From Callorhinchus milii (taxonomy: Eukaryota), in the NCBI RefSeq assembly GCF_018977255.1, contig NW_024704743.1, positions 93,684,001 to 93,748,000 of the forward strand: 64,000 bases of DNA, written 5' to 3'. The position numbers and the translations under genes are program-made. The notes under the pieces are model-generated. The model ran no database searches. It saw only the letters and a program-made list of their open reading frames with translations, and was not told where the DNA came from. This document shows positions 25,071-37,911 of this stretch, piece by piece; the first letter of the stretch is position 1, and every line of letters begins with the position of its first letter.

Positions 25071-25450
25071 ACAAGAGAAAGCATCAGGTCATCTCCGAAT
25101 CATTGAACCAAGACAGCTTTCATTTTACAATTCCCACGCACATGCCATTCAAAGTGAAAGTTAGTCTGTCTTCAAAAAGTGAGACTGTTTTCCCTCCCAT
25201 GGTGAGTTAATTTTGTCAGAGAGGTTGTCATGGGGTAATGGAAAGCAGTGATGGTTTCTAAAAGGAAAGAGGGAGAATAGAGGGTCAGTCGCCCAGTCCC
25301 ATCCCACTGAGGCCTTGGCTGTTCTCCCTCTTGGCCCCCACCCCATCCCAAAAAACATGCACACACACAAAATGGATGTGCCTTTGGCAAACATAGAGGG
25401 GGTGAAAAAATGAAAAAGGGATTCAGAAATATATTCCATTTGTTTGTCAA

Positions 25451-25698
25451 TGTGTCAATGTGTGTCTGTGTGTATGTCTATGTGAGGGTATATGGGTGAC
25501 TGTTTCTGTGTATGATTGTGTGAGAGTGTTTATGTATGACTGTAAGAGGGCGTATGGATGATGATGTTTGTGTATGTCTGTGTTGTGGTAGGTGCATGAA
25601 TATCTGTGTGTATATCAAATGCAAGGATTATTATTATTATATTATTATTACTATTATAGATCTGTGTTTGTATGCCCGTGTGTGTGTATGTGTGTGTA
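25451..25698. repeat. Degenerate (TG)n low-complexity tract containing a SINE tail tip
   Basis: TG-rich sequence with tatatcaaatgcaagga(tta)n embedded at ~25611-25650. Confidence 0.8.
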
Positions 25699-26008
25699 TA
25701 CTTGCTTGCACAAAAATACAAAAACACTGATTGTTGCACAAACAAATTGTGAAACAAAACAAAATCACTTTCACACGGGTTCCTTTTTCTGGCACTCGTT
25801 AGTCACCCACTGATTTTTTTTAATCTCATTAATCACAGATGTGGTTGAAAAGGTAGTTTTTCAGGCTACTTTGAAGACAAGGAGAGAGGGGGTGAAAAAG
25901 AAGGGTAGAAGGACGAAGGAGGTGGGAGACGTGCAACACGGCAGAGTTTGTCAAGCAGAGCATGCGAGCAGAAAAGTGGGGTTGCAGAAGATTAGTGAGG
26001 ATAACATC

Positions 26009-26327
26009 ATAATAACAATAATAATCCTTGCATTTGATATAGCGCTTTTCACGTCGGGAGGACATCCCAAAGCGCTTCACAGAACACTGTAAAGTGAATT
26101 GACTGTATATTTGTGGACGAACGCAGCAGCCAATTGCGCACAGCAATGTCCCACAAACAGTCGTAGATTGAAAATGACCAATTTATTATTGTTTTTGTTT
26201 TTTTTGGAGGGATTATTATTAGGCGTGTGGAGTAAGGAAACTTGCCCAAGGTTTCGACCTGCCTGGAATTGAACTCAGGTCTCTCGCTTGCAAAGCGAGT
26301 GCTCTCACCACTGAGCTACAGGACTCC
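26009..26327 (-). mobile_element. Young tRNA-derived SINE, subfamily A, full length
   Basis: Reverse complement of 47190-47520 with few differences. A short duplicate of the head (acaggactc) lies just beyond the 5' end. Confidence 0.93.
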
Positions 26328-26659
26328 ACAGGACTCTTAAAGTGGTTCACAGGTAATTGCAGCTCTCCCAAGTATTGCACTGAGGTGTCAGCTTAACCAA
26401 GCACAGAACATGTACCTACAACCTTCTGATCGACAAGCAAAAGTGCTACCAACAAAGTTGCTTCAACAGGTGTGGTGCATGAATGCAACATTTTACTGTG
26501 GGTAATATTTCCATTTGGTGACCATGTGCTTTTTGTCGGAAAAAAAGTCCTGATTCCATGCTTTAAATGAAGAGCCAAGGATTGTGCAGCACATAAAGAC
26601 ATGTTAATAATTTTGCAGAGCTGTGTATGTAAACCATTCTTTTATGGAACATGTTAGCC

Positions 26660-26850
26660 TTGACATCTATATTGGACTCTTGTGAGAAAGGAGTCTGTGT
26701 ACTCTTCCAAGGTCACAGGCAAAGGAATGTGATCTTGGTGATCCAATGAAGGCCGTCCAATTCTTGGTGGTCTCCTGCGAGTGTGTATCCACACTTTCCA
26801 GTGACCTAGGCAATCTGGAGTATAGATGACAGTAAGACTGTGATTCCTGG
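26660..26850 (-). mobile_element. Possible decayed Penelope-like RT fragment
   Basis: VIYT..IHTRRRPPRIGRP..LEEYTDSFLTRVQ resembles the Penelope motif FY.LPKIHK..PPGRPI..LS.YVD.FL. Matched by eye only. Confidence 0.3.
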
Positions 26851-27099
26851 CAATGCAATAAGAGGACAATTCCACTTACCCCTACAAGACAACCAATGGC
26901 TGTGAAATATACTTTCAGATTCACTCAAAAACAACAAGATTATCAATATAGTGGAGCGCTTTAGAGACTGAATACCTCTGATACCGATGTCTTGATTCTG
27001 GTGCAGTTAGATATTGGGCCAGAGCCACTAAATCCTCCTCTTCAACTTTTGTCCATTTCCCGGCTTCCACTTATAGGTTCCAGTCTAAGACATTCTCTC

Positions 27100-27515
27100 T
27101 GGCACATTACTCCCATTTTTGCTGAGCTTCATTGGTTCCTCAGAGGATTCAGTGTAAAGTCCTTGTCTTCAACTTGAAACCCTTTCTCAGTCTTGCCCTC
27201 CTTTATATATACAATCTTCTCCAGTCCTAGTTTCCAGCATTCCCCTCTTCCAATTCTGGTCTACATTTGGCTCCCCACTACTTTTGTTGTACCGCCAGTG
27301 GTAGGCCTTCAGCCACTGGAATCCTCTGGAATCCTCTTCCAAAACCACTTTGCCTTGCAACCTCTCCCCCTGCCTTCAAATTCCTCCTAAAAACATTCTG
27401 TCCATACCTTTGGTCAAGATATTTTAAACCTCTTATTCAATATCCACCACTACAGTACTTGTCAAACATTTCGAGATTTTTTTTATGTAGAAGATGCTTT
27501 TGAAATGTAAGTTAC
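27100..27515 (+). mobile_element. Highly decayed L2 3' fragment
   Basis: HITPIFAELHW and GRPSA..LWNPLPKPL..FKFLLKTF motifs. Confidence 0.7.
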
Positions 27516-28849
27516 TGTTTAGTAGCAAATTAAGAAGATTATAATTTAATATCACATGGTTCACATTGGGAACAGTTTTGGAGATGATAGAGATAAGTGA
27601 GGACATTGATAAACAAAGAGGTGCACTGCAAGGGGTACAGTGGTTTCTGTGCTGCTGGGACCAAGGGCAGAAAAGGAATGTGTCTGGAGAAGAAACTACC
27701 CAGGGTTTAACAGAAAAATATTCTGCAGCAACTGTTTTTACAGTTCAAGGATGAGCTATATAGTATCTATTGAGAACATTTCCCAGTAGATAGAATGTGT
27801 AGGGTACACCCCACCATAGGATAGTGGATTCATTTTCAGGGTTTATAGGTGGAGGAACTTTGATGAATCAAATGTTCTTTTTATGATTTGTGATTTATGT
27901 CTTAAAATATTTATAATAATCCTTGCATTTAACATAGTCCCCTTCACATTGAGAGGACGTGTCCAAGTAATTTTACTATATTTTACTCTAAGGTATAGAG
28001 ACTGTATTTTGTAGGGAAAGCCAATTTGCATACATCAAATGTTCCACAAACAACCATAAAAAGTGAATGACCAATTTTACTTCTGTCATGATTAAAAAAT
28101 GTTTCACCATGGGTGTAACCTGTTTTTCTCGTTCCTCAAGAGGAAAAAAAGTATTTTTTAAAAATACGATATTTGATAATTGTTATAAAATGTGTCACGA
28201 ATGTTCATGTGCAGAATCATTTCTGTCATTTCTTTCTTTTTATTGCAGATTATTATGATCTATTGAGTGCGATCTTGGGTCTTGAAATCTGTTTTTACCT
28301 ACCTCTTAGTTTTTGTACTTTTGGTGATTAATAGTTCTTTTTTCTTGTTCTTTTGCCTTTGAATGGCACTTTCTGGGTGGTTTCCCCATCCACCCAATCA
28401 CCTAATTTGTCACCTGCTGGCTCATATCCTGAGTAGAAATTTCTCACGCCTCCTTTTCACTTGCCCGACTGCTCTGCTAGAATGGAGATCTTGAAGATTT
28501 GAAATCTCAGAGATATTAAAATAGAATGTCCAGGGACAGTAATGAAAGCAAACAAGATCTAGGGGGTGTGGTTGGTTGGATACACACAGATCATAGTAAG
28601 GGACATAGAGATACTGAACTTATATAAAGCATTGGTTCACCACCAACCTGAGTGACATAATTCAAATAGTCATAGCCTAAAAAACATTCTCTTCCCACAG
28701 AAGATTGTGTGAAATTAGTTTTAAATTCAGTCTCAAATTGTGAGCCATGTGCAATTTTGTGATTAAGAAACGGGAACTCTGGCTAGTGTTCACTCCCTAA
28801 CTGAGAGGTTCCCCCACTCCCATCATGACTAGCCTGTAGGTTCTTGGAT

Positions 28850-29730
28850 TAGCTTTATCACCCTTATCAAAAACAGGTAATACGGTGGCCATTCTCTAGT
28901 CCTCTAGCACGATCCCATTCTCCTCAGAATTCTTACATAAGAGCCTCAGCTATCTCCTCCCTGGTTTCCTTAAGGATCGTTGGGTGCAGTCCATCTGGCC
29001 CAGGTGTCTTACTTTATTTAAATTATGTAAATTATTTTATACTTCCCTTCTCCCTATCTTAACTATTGCAATTTTACAACCTGCCCTTTTTGATCTTACT
29101 ATTTTTTCTTTAGCAGTTACCTTTATAAAAACTGAGACAACGTATTTATTTAGTATTTCTGCCATTTCCCGTCTCCCCTTAATTGGTCCTGTCCCTGCTT
29201 TACTTTTTTAAATTGGTAATATACCTATAGAATACCTTGCTATTTCTTTTGATTTGTTGTCTATGTTCTCCTCATGGTTCCTTTTCGCCTCACTAATCGT
29301 CGTTTTAACTACTTTTCCTACTTTTACTGTATTCACTTCTGAATTCCTTTCCGTTCTCTACTGTTCAAATGCTTTTTTTGCTTGAGCTCCAGTTTTGTTT
29401 TATTAATCCATAGGATCCCATTGTTAGGTCATTTTCCCTTATTTGTTAATGGAATATATTTCTCTTGCACCTTTTCTATCTCATGCTCAAAAATCTTACA
29501 TTGTTTCATTGGTCATTTTTGTTAGCCAATTTTTCCTTTCAGTGTACCTCGGCTGGTTCATCCATCATACCATTATAATTATTTTTTCTCCAATCAAGGA
29601 CCTTGATCCTTTTCTTGTCTATCTGTTTTTGTATAATTATGTTGAGCCTTATTATATTATGGTCCTTACCCCAAGGTTCTCCACCACATTTAATTCCCTG
29701 ACCTGCTCTGGCTAATTGCCCATAACTAGG
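28850..29730 (-). mobile_element. Decayed CR1 internal fragment
   Basis: ggccattctctagtcctctagcac..cccattctcc..gggtgcagtccatctggcccagg is typical antisense of CR1 K(S/T)PGPDG.HP..L and W..AN motifs. Confidence 0.65.
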
Positions 29731-29874
29731 TCCCCTTCTCGCCTCCTACTCTCTCTCTCTCAGCCAATCTATGGAAATACCCTCCATAATTATTACTTTA
29801 TTTTTCCTTTTAAAAAATCAATGCTTTATCTTTATCACAGCAAAGCCAACACTGGGCTGTTCAGGGAAATATCC

Positions 29875-30210
29875 CATCTTATCCTCCCAGTCGTGTTCAA
29901 GCCTATTCACTCCATGGCACCTCCCTACCACTCCACCTCCTCACTCCCCAATCCACAACACGGTGCTTCGACTCGACTGACACCGGCCTCCTGCTTATCC
30001 CTCGCACCCTCCGCTCTACCATTGGAGGTTGTGCTTTCACCCACTACGTCCCGAAGCTCTGAAACGCTTTCTTTCCCTCAATCCCTCCAGCTTGCCCCTC
30101 TCTCCCCTTTTTCAAGTCCCGCCTTAAAACCTTCCTTTTCGACTGCACTTATGGTCACACCCCCCTCCCTCCCTAGCCATTCCTGCATGGAGGGCGCTAT
30201 ATAAGTGTTA
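29875..30210 (+). mobile_element. Older L2 3' fragment
   Basis: VFKPIHSMAPPY..LKPSF..; ends agggcgctatataagtg. Confidence 0.82.
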
Positions 30211-32687
30211 TCCCATGGTTCTCAAACTTGTAGATAAATCACACAGTTTCTGTCCCAACAGCCTTATGGAACACCAGTGGGAATACTCCTCCTATATTAC
30301 TTATTTTAATCTCCAAGGGATTGATTTAGCAGATCATGTGCTGGTAACACAATGTTTCTTGTCCTGCTTGACAGTGCTTCCATTAAGGAAAGCAGTGGGA
30401 GCATATAAGTGGCATTGCACTGCTGAAAAGTCTGCAAGTATTTGGTGCGATCCATAACATTTACATGTGTCAACAATTTTGTGTGTCAGTCTGGCTCATT
30501 TGGTAGTACTCTTGCCTCTGAGTCAGAAGGTTATGGATTCAATGCCCATGTCAGGAATTTAAACTCCTAGAGTCCAGGCTGACATCAATACAGTGCTGAG
30601 GGTGTACTGCATCATTGGAGGCATAAAATTCAAGTATCATTATTATTATGATTATTATACATTGAAAGAAAACCAAAATAAGAAAACTTAAAACTCCATA
30701 AAACTACTATGGGAACAAATGCAGAGAAATTGTCTACCCAAACCTAAATTTATACTGATTCTAGATATTAATGTTTGTATAAGGAAAATTCTTATCTGTG
30801 TCCTCAAATATCCAGATACGCTTGCAAATCTTTAGAATGAATTTGAAGTGTATCCTTAATGCATGTTATTCATTTACAATGAAACAAGGCCAGGCTGTAT
30901 CCAGCTTGTCTGTCTGCATGTTCATTTATCAGAGAGACTGCAAAGCTGACAATTTAACATAAATCCACAGAGATACCAGCTTTCCTTTCCTGCTGTCCGA
31001 GTCAGTCTAATCTGTGCCTTGTGTTCTGGTTATTGTTAAAGTTTGTTTGAAGATTCTTTTTTTTCCTGTTTATTAAACTGAAAGGATTTTTAAGCTCATT
31101 AAAATATAAATCTGTCTGAGAACGGAAATGTTTTCTATTATGCATCTAATGTCAGAATAAGCACATACATTATGGCTGCACTGTGTCATGCATTAGTCCC
31201 AAACAGTATTGGATTAATGCAGTTTTAAACCTCAGAGACACCCTCCACTTCAGTGGGAACCTATTACATGAATCTGCTGTTGTCTGAGGTGAAATATTCA
31301 CTGGTGCCTATAGGACACCGTTTTCATCTCCCACCAGTCAGGAGAACCTTAGAACTTTTGAGTGACCAAATCACATGCTGTTGTGGTATTTTCATCCCAA
31401 GTTATGACTGAAGCACATTTTGAGACAAACAAGAAACGTGTGCATTAAAGTGAGCAGCAGGTTCCAATCATGACACATTACTGTGTAACATGGAGAAAGT
31501 CCAAGATTCAAGACCTAGTAAAAAAATCACTGTTCTGATAGCATTATAATCATGAGCCTTTCAACCATGCTGAGGTACTGTGTAAAGAATGCCGAAAGCA
31601 TGAATCACAGATGTTTAATACAGAAGAGGACTATTTGATTCATTCGGCCAGTGCTGCTCTGACACTCCCCATTGAAGTTAATTCTCATTTTCCTGTTCTT
31701 TCTCTGTACTTTTTTAACTCTAATTCTTCAAGTGTTTATCTAATTCCAATTAAATATTGGAACTTGAATTTCCACTTGTAATCCTGGTGAATAAAATGCC
31801 GAATAGGATAAAACAGTAAATCCAGAACAATATTTTTAGTTATGCTGAGACATGAGTACAAAAAAAAGGCACAAGTTCAGGGTTTTGAAAGGCAATTTTA
31901 TGACAGACACCCCTGGAGCCTTATAGAGGTGTACGCATGTTAAATTGCATTTAAAAAGGAAACGCAGGACAGTATTTTATAATGCACCAAGACAGTAGAA
32001 CAAAAGGGCATAGGTTTAAAATTGCAAAGAGCAATTGCAGGAAAGACAGTATAGCACTACATGTTTCTTTACCCAGTGGAGTTGGGGGAGCAGATTTGGT
32101 GGGCCCATGCTTCATAGTACAGCTGGATGAGATCCACATCTTCCAATGTTTTCTCATCTCTTGGATCAACCCATGCATTTGCTGCTTACATTGGATTTAT
32201 ACTACAATTCATAAGCATTACTGAGAGGGAGTATTATTGCTCAAAACATCCTGAATGGAGAGAATGGAAGGACAGTCAAAAACGATAGATACATGAGTCG
32301 ATAAAAATGAGGGATCCAAAATTAATACAGGTCCAAAATGACATGGGAAATGGAAATATCAGAATATTCTATGATTGACTTGGAATATCCTTTGGAAGCT
32401 TGTAGAGAGAAAAGCCAAGATATATGTCTTGCATGAATAATAGCCTGTGCTTGAGATGATTTTAAAAATGTGTTTGGGTACAATAAAGGCCTGCTTGAGG
32501 TGCTGTGCTATGTGCAAAATGAGTGTTGCATTTCCCCAAAAATGTAGAATTGACAGCAATTATCTGTGAAGTGCTTAACACATTCCAACATTATAAGCAC
32601 TATACCAAACACAAGGATTATTATTTTGAGTATTGTATAATCTAGGGAAATGACTTATGCTTTTTTGATGGCAATGCGGAAATTATA

Positions 32688-35550
32688 CAACAACAACAAC
32701 AACAACAAGATTCCATTTATTGAGCGCCTTTCACGTCAGGAGGACGTCCCAAGGCGCTGTACAGTTGGGTCAGGACCCGAGCATTGGGGGGAAATGGTCA
32801 GGGTGAGGGGAGGGAAGGGAGGTAGCGAGGAGGGGGTAGAGAGTCGAGAGGGGAGCTGAAGGCACGGTCAAAGAGAAAGGTCTTGAGACCGGCCTTGAAG
32901 GAGGAAAGGGAGGAGGCGGCGAAGGCACTGGGGGATAGAGTTCCAGAGCCTAGGGGCTGAGAGGCTGAAGGCCCGGCCACCGATAGTAGGGCGGTTGGGG
33001 CGGGGGATGTGGAGCAGACCGGAGCCAGAGGAACGGAGGGTACGGGCAGGTAGGTAGGGGGATAGTAGGTTGGAGAGGTAGGAGGGAGCAAGGCCATGAA
33101 TGGCCTTGTAGGTGAGGGTGAGGATCTTGAATTCGATCCTCTGGGGGATGGGGAGCCAGTGGAGGCGAGCGAGGGTGGGAGTGATGTGTTCCCGAAGCCT
33201 GGTGCGGGACAGTACACGAGCTGCAGAGTTCTGAATGACCTGCAGCTTGTGGAGGGAGGTGCCGGGAAGGCCGGCGAGGAGAGAGTTCCCATAGTCCAGC
33301 CTTGAGGTAATAAAGGCGTGGACCAGAGTTTCAGCAGCGTGAGGGGTGAGGTAGTGCCGTAGTCTGGCGACATTCCGGAGGTGATGGAAGGCGGTGCCAG
33401 TTGTGGAGCGGATATGAGGGAGAAAGGACAGCTCAGGGTCGAACAGAACCCCGAGGTTCCTGACTGGCTTTGAGAGGTGGAGAGTGCAGCCTTGGATGCT
33501 GATGCTGTCAGCGCCTGAGGTGCGGAGGCGCTGACGTGAGCCAATCAGGAGGGCCTCAGTTTTGCGCACGTTGAGCTGGAGAAAGTTATCTCTCGTCCAG
33601 GACTCGATGTCGGACAGGCAGGCTGTCAGGACATCGGTGGTCGTGGAGTTGAGGGTAGAGGAGGAAAGGTAGAGTTGGGTGTCATCCGCATACATGTGGA
33701 AGTTAACCCCATGTCTGCGGATGATGTCACCAAGGGGGAGCATATAGAGGGTGAAGAGGAGGGGACCGAGGACAGAGCCTTGAGGGACACCGCACGAGAC
33801 AGTGCGGGGGCCGGAGGAAAAACCATTTGTGGAGACAAAGTGAAGACGGTGGGAGAGGTACGACCTAAACCACTCAAGGACAGGGCCTTGAAGGTTTAGG
33901 TGGGAGGACAAGCGGTGGAGGAGGATAGCATGGTCGACCGTATCGAATGCTGCCGATAGGTCGAGGAGGACGAGGAGGCAGAGGGAGCCCTGGTCACAGA
34001 TGGTCAGGATGTCATTGGTGACCTTGACCAGGGCAGTTTCTGTGCTATGGGCAGCACGGAAACCCGACTGAAGGGGTTCGAATAGTGAATGGTTGGAGAG
34101 GAAAGAGCGCAGCTGGGAGGCGACAACTCGTTCCAGGACCTTGGATAAGAAGGGGAGGTTGGAGATGGGCCGGTAGCTTGATAGCTGCGACGCATCAAGG
34201 GAGGGTTTTTTTAAGGTGGGAGTGATGGTGGCAGTTTTTAAGGGAATGGGAATAGAGCCAGAGGAGAGGGACAGGTTGACGATGTCTGTGATATGTGGGG
34301 CAAGGAGGTGGAGCTGGGAGATAAGGAGTGGAGTGGGGATGGGGTCAAGGGAGCAGGTGGTGGTTTCATGGAGAGGATGAGTTTGGTGACAGAGGATGGG
34401 GAAACGGGTACAAAGGTGTGTAGGGGAGGATGGGTAGGAGTCGGAGTGTGGGAGAGAAGGGTTGGGTGGTGGGTGGATGTTGGAGGGGAAGTGACCGCGG
34501 AGCGGATTCCCTTGATCTTGGATTCAAGGAAATCCAGCATCTCCTCGCAGTGAAGGTTGGAGGAGATGACCTGCGCGGGGTGGCGGGGGGGACGGAGGAG
34601 TTGGGATGTGGTAGAGAACAGTAGCCTGGGGTTGTCCTTCGCCTCCAGGATTATCCTGGAGTAGAAGGACGATTTGGCCGAGGCTAGAGTGGAGCGGTAG
34701 ATTTTGAGGAGGTCCAGCCAGATTTGTCGGTGGACCGTTAGGCCAGATTTGACCCAGGTGCGTTCAGCGGCCCGCACCTGGCTCTTCAGTGAGCGGAGGT
34801 GGGTGGTGAACCGGGGGAGGAGCGAGAGTAGGAGACAGTACGGGAGGTGATAGGGGCAAGAGTGTCAAGTGTGGAGGAGAGGGTGTTGTGGAGGAGGGTG
34901 AGAGCAGAAGAGGGGTCGGTGAGGGTTGAAGGCCAGAGGGAGAGGAGTTCAGAGGACTCCAAGGCAGCGGTTAGGGATTGAGGGGGTAACTTCTTCCAAG
35001 GGCGGTAGAAGATGGTGGTGGGTCTGGTGGAGGTGGGGAGGGGGGTGGAGGTGGTGAAGGAGATGAAGTGGTGGTCGAAGATGGCCTTATCGGTGATGGT
35101 GACATCCGAGACACTGAGGCCCCGGGTGATCACCAAGTCGAGTGGGTGGCCGTGACTGTGAGTGGGGGAGTTGATGTGGAGGGAGAGGTTGAGCGAGGAG
35201 AGCAGGGAAGAGAAATCTGAGGAGATTGAGCAGGAGGGGGTGAAGTGCAGGTTAAAGTCGCCCAGGATGATGAGGCGATCAGAGCAGAGGCAGAGAGATG
35301 TGAGAAGTGTTGAGATATCAGAGATAAAGGTGGGAGAGGCTTTAGGGGGCCGGTAGAGGAGGAGGATTTTAAGTGAGAGGAAGGAGGGGTGGGAGAGGGT
35401 GAGGTGCTCAAAAGAGGGGAAAGAGCCAGAGGAGTAGGGGGATAGGGCAAGTGGTGTCCTTGAGATAAGGGCAACACCACCGCCACGGCGGTTGGGGCGA
35501 GGGATGTGGTGGGAGGTGTAGCCGGGTGGTGTGGCCTCCGAGAGGGACGT
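32688..35550 (-). mobile_element. Young, long L2 LINE: ORF2 (APE endonuclease + reverse transcriptase), 5'-truncated, three frameshifts
   Basis: EN motifs RRGGGVAL, LYRPP, ILGDFN, PTH..GH.LDLV, (F)DHHFI. RT motifs [61 protein letters not shown]. Frameshifts at about 34812, 34360 and 32918. Intact 3' stem-loop and (CAA)n tail. Confidence 0.97.
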
Positions 35551-35582
35551 TTTATGAAAGAGGGGAAGGATGGCACAAGATA

Positions 35583-35963
35583 TGGAGTCCTGTAGCTCAG
35601 TGGTTAGAGCACTCGCCTCACAAGCAAGAAGACTTCGGTTCGATTCCCGGGAGGGGAGAAACGTTGGGCAAGTTTGCTTACTCCACACGCCTCTGTTTAC
35701 CTAGCAGTAAGTAGGAACCCAGTTGTTAGTCAATTGCCAAATCCCTTTTCTGAAATAAAAATAATTTAAATAATAATAATAATTTAGTCACTCAACCCAC
35801 AACTGTGTGTGGGACACTGCTGTGTGCAATTGGCTGCCCCAATTTGCACACAAAATGTGCAGTCAATTCACTTTAGAGTATATTCTGTCAAATGCTTTAA
35901 GATGTCTCGAAGATGTGATAAGGCGGTATATCAAATGCAAGGATTATTATTATATATTATTAT
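35583..35963 (+). mobile_element. tRNA-derived SINE, subfamily B, full length
   Basis: Box A, box B GTTCGATTCC, loop CTCACAA, extra segment ctctgtttacctagcagtaagtaggaacc, (TTA)n tail. Confidence 0.92.
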
Positions 35964-36261
35964 AACCGGGACTGAGAGTACAGAAGGATGATAGATTTGC
36001 TCCCAGGGGATGAAACTTTGGACATTCACATTTTGTATGCAAATATGAAAACTGAATACATTTTTCAGCCGCACAGATATTCATGCAACACCCTAAAGTT
36101 CCTATTACAGCCCCACGTCATTGACACAAGTGAATAATTGGACTGCTTCATTTCGTCAGTAATCTGTTTATTCCTATTCAACTGAAACCAACTGCTGCAA
36201 ACAGTATAACTGTGAGTGCAACCTGAATGGGTACTGCTTAGCTGGTGAGAGGAGTGAACTG

Positions 36262-36600
36262 GAGTCTCTCAGTTGGCAGAACTCTTGCTTCTCGGCAGAA
36301 GGCCCACTTCGGAGCTCACAGTCCATGATGACACTATAGTGCAGTACTGGATTGTCAGTGAAACATTAAACTGAGATCTTGTCTACCTCTTCTTCATGAC
36401 ACAATTGGAGAGTGAATGAAGTTTCTATCTATATGATGGCTTGCAATTCTCCAGTTAAATTAGCTATTCACCTCACGGCTGTTTGTGGGACCATGCTATG
36501 CTCAAAATGACTGCAATGTTTGCCTGTAAAAACAGTTGATGGTCCACAGTATATCACTTAAGACATGTTGCTGTGATAAGATTCTATAAAATTTGAATGC
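36262..36600 (+). mobile_element. Deu-domain SINE, highly decayed
   Basis: ctcagttggcagaactcttgc head and ggctgtttgtgggaccatgctatg 3' part. Confidence 0.65.
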
Positions 36601-37616
36601 ATTTAGTTATTTCTTTGCTGCTCTAAGAACTGCAATGTATGCAAATAGTGATTTCATGCAATAACGGGAAATAATTCATATTGCTCCCTGGGAACTCCAT
36701 TCCAATGTGATCATCTTCCACAGCAGCATTCCAGTGGTTCATCAGAAATCCTAACAATATTCCTCATAGTTAAATCTCATTAAAAAAAACTCAAATTGGA
36801 CCCTCCTCTGGGCTCCCTGGTCGCTCATAAAATAAACACATCACTTTACAGTATGTCCTGTGAAGCACTTTGAAATGTCTAAACAATATATCAATTGTAA
36901 AGATTATTAAAGATTACAAAGAATCAATTGTAGAACAAGATCAAATAGACTGAAGAGCCTTCTTCATCCAACCTCTCTTATGTGGTCTTGAGAAGAATGT
37001 ATTTTGAAATGTCTGGATATTTAGATATCAACAGTACGTTGGATTACCGCAGTCCAGCCTGGCTTCACCAGGTATGTCTCCTCTCAGCCATCAACCTCAG
37101 GAACCCGAATTAACCCGACCACAGCCACCCCTCACCCATGTTCTTTTGAATACTGTTTTCTTAATGTTAACAAACTTAAAAGGCTAAGGGTGAATTGGCG
37201 CCAGGATTCAACTCCAAAATGTTTAACTGATGATCCTGTGCTCAGCCAACTGAACTATCCATGAAGCTTGCCTTCTGGTGGCAAATAAACCCTATCTTTC
37301 ATTTTGGGCATAATGTTAGTGTATGTTCAACAGCAAAGGTAATTTTTTGACTGAGCAATTTCAGTCAAATGCAAGTTTTGTAGAAAATTCCTATTTGCTT
37401 TTAAACAAAATGGACTGAATTCACTAATAGATGGTCAGGCATGAATTATAGGACCTGATCTAATTTGGCACACCACTGCTGTATATGAAAGTCTGAAAGA
37501 CTCCACACCTACTTCATTCCCTGTCTACCTGTTCCTCTGAATAACATTGTATGTATAAAGGGCTGTTCTTTTTCTGAATGATGCCCTGAGAAATGTCTAG
37601 CATAGTTTCTGGGTGC

Positions 37617-37911
37617 TGTGACCGCAGAGACTAGACGGTTGTAAGTCATGAGGCTTGGCACGCATGTGATATCACAGGGCCTGCTGCATGATCAACTTCT
37701 GACCTCGGTTACAAAGTTACAGCAAAAGCCTCTTTCTTGCTTGCATCAGTAGACGTGCTTCATAAGAGTCTCGAGCTGGGACTAGCTCCTTATAAATAAA
37801 GGGAGTAGATCCCCGAGGCAGAGAAGGCCTGGCCCCACCACCAGAGTGGAGTGCGAGAAGACAGACCCCGTCACAATGGCGCGGATCCGTAGCAGTTTGT
37901 ATCGGGTCACA
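37617..37911. mobile_element. LTR-like segment
   Basis: Bounded by TGTGACC...GGTCACA (TG..CA termini, 7-bp inverted repeat). Internal TATAAATAAA; richer in GC and CpG than its flanks. No TSD seen. Confidence 0.45.

Noticed and set aside
27566..27754. 62-aa ORF as a host exon
   Set aside because: Resembles decayed CR1 (DI..L.GVQ..) and lacks convincing splice sites.
32798..33544. Ser/Pro-rich ORFs such as this 248-aa one, and many plus-strand Gly/Glu-rich ORFs
   Set aside because: Alternate-frame or antisense shadows of C-rich L2 sequence.
34786..35688. 300-aa ORF read as a novel SINE-endonuclease fusion protein
   Set aside because: The N-terminus is antisense SINE head plus about 30 nt of spacer that happens to be in frame with a truncated, frameshifted L2 endonuclease. 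The start codon is not ATG.
37025..37071. Exon-like segment with a CAG|gtatgt donor
   Set aside because: The translation STLDYRSP resembles the L2 SRLDYCNS motif, so it is more likely an ancient L2 remnant.
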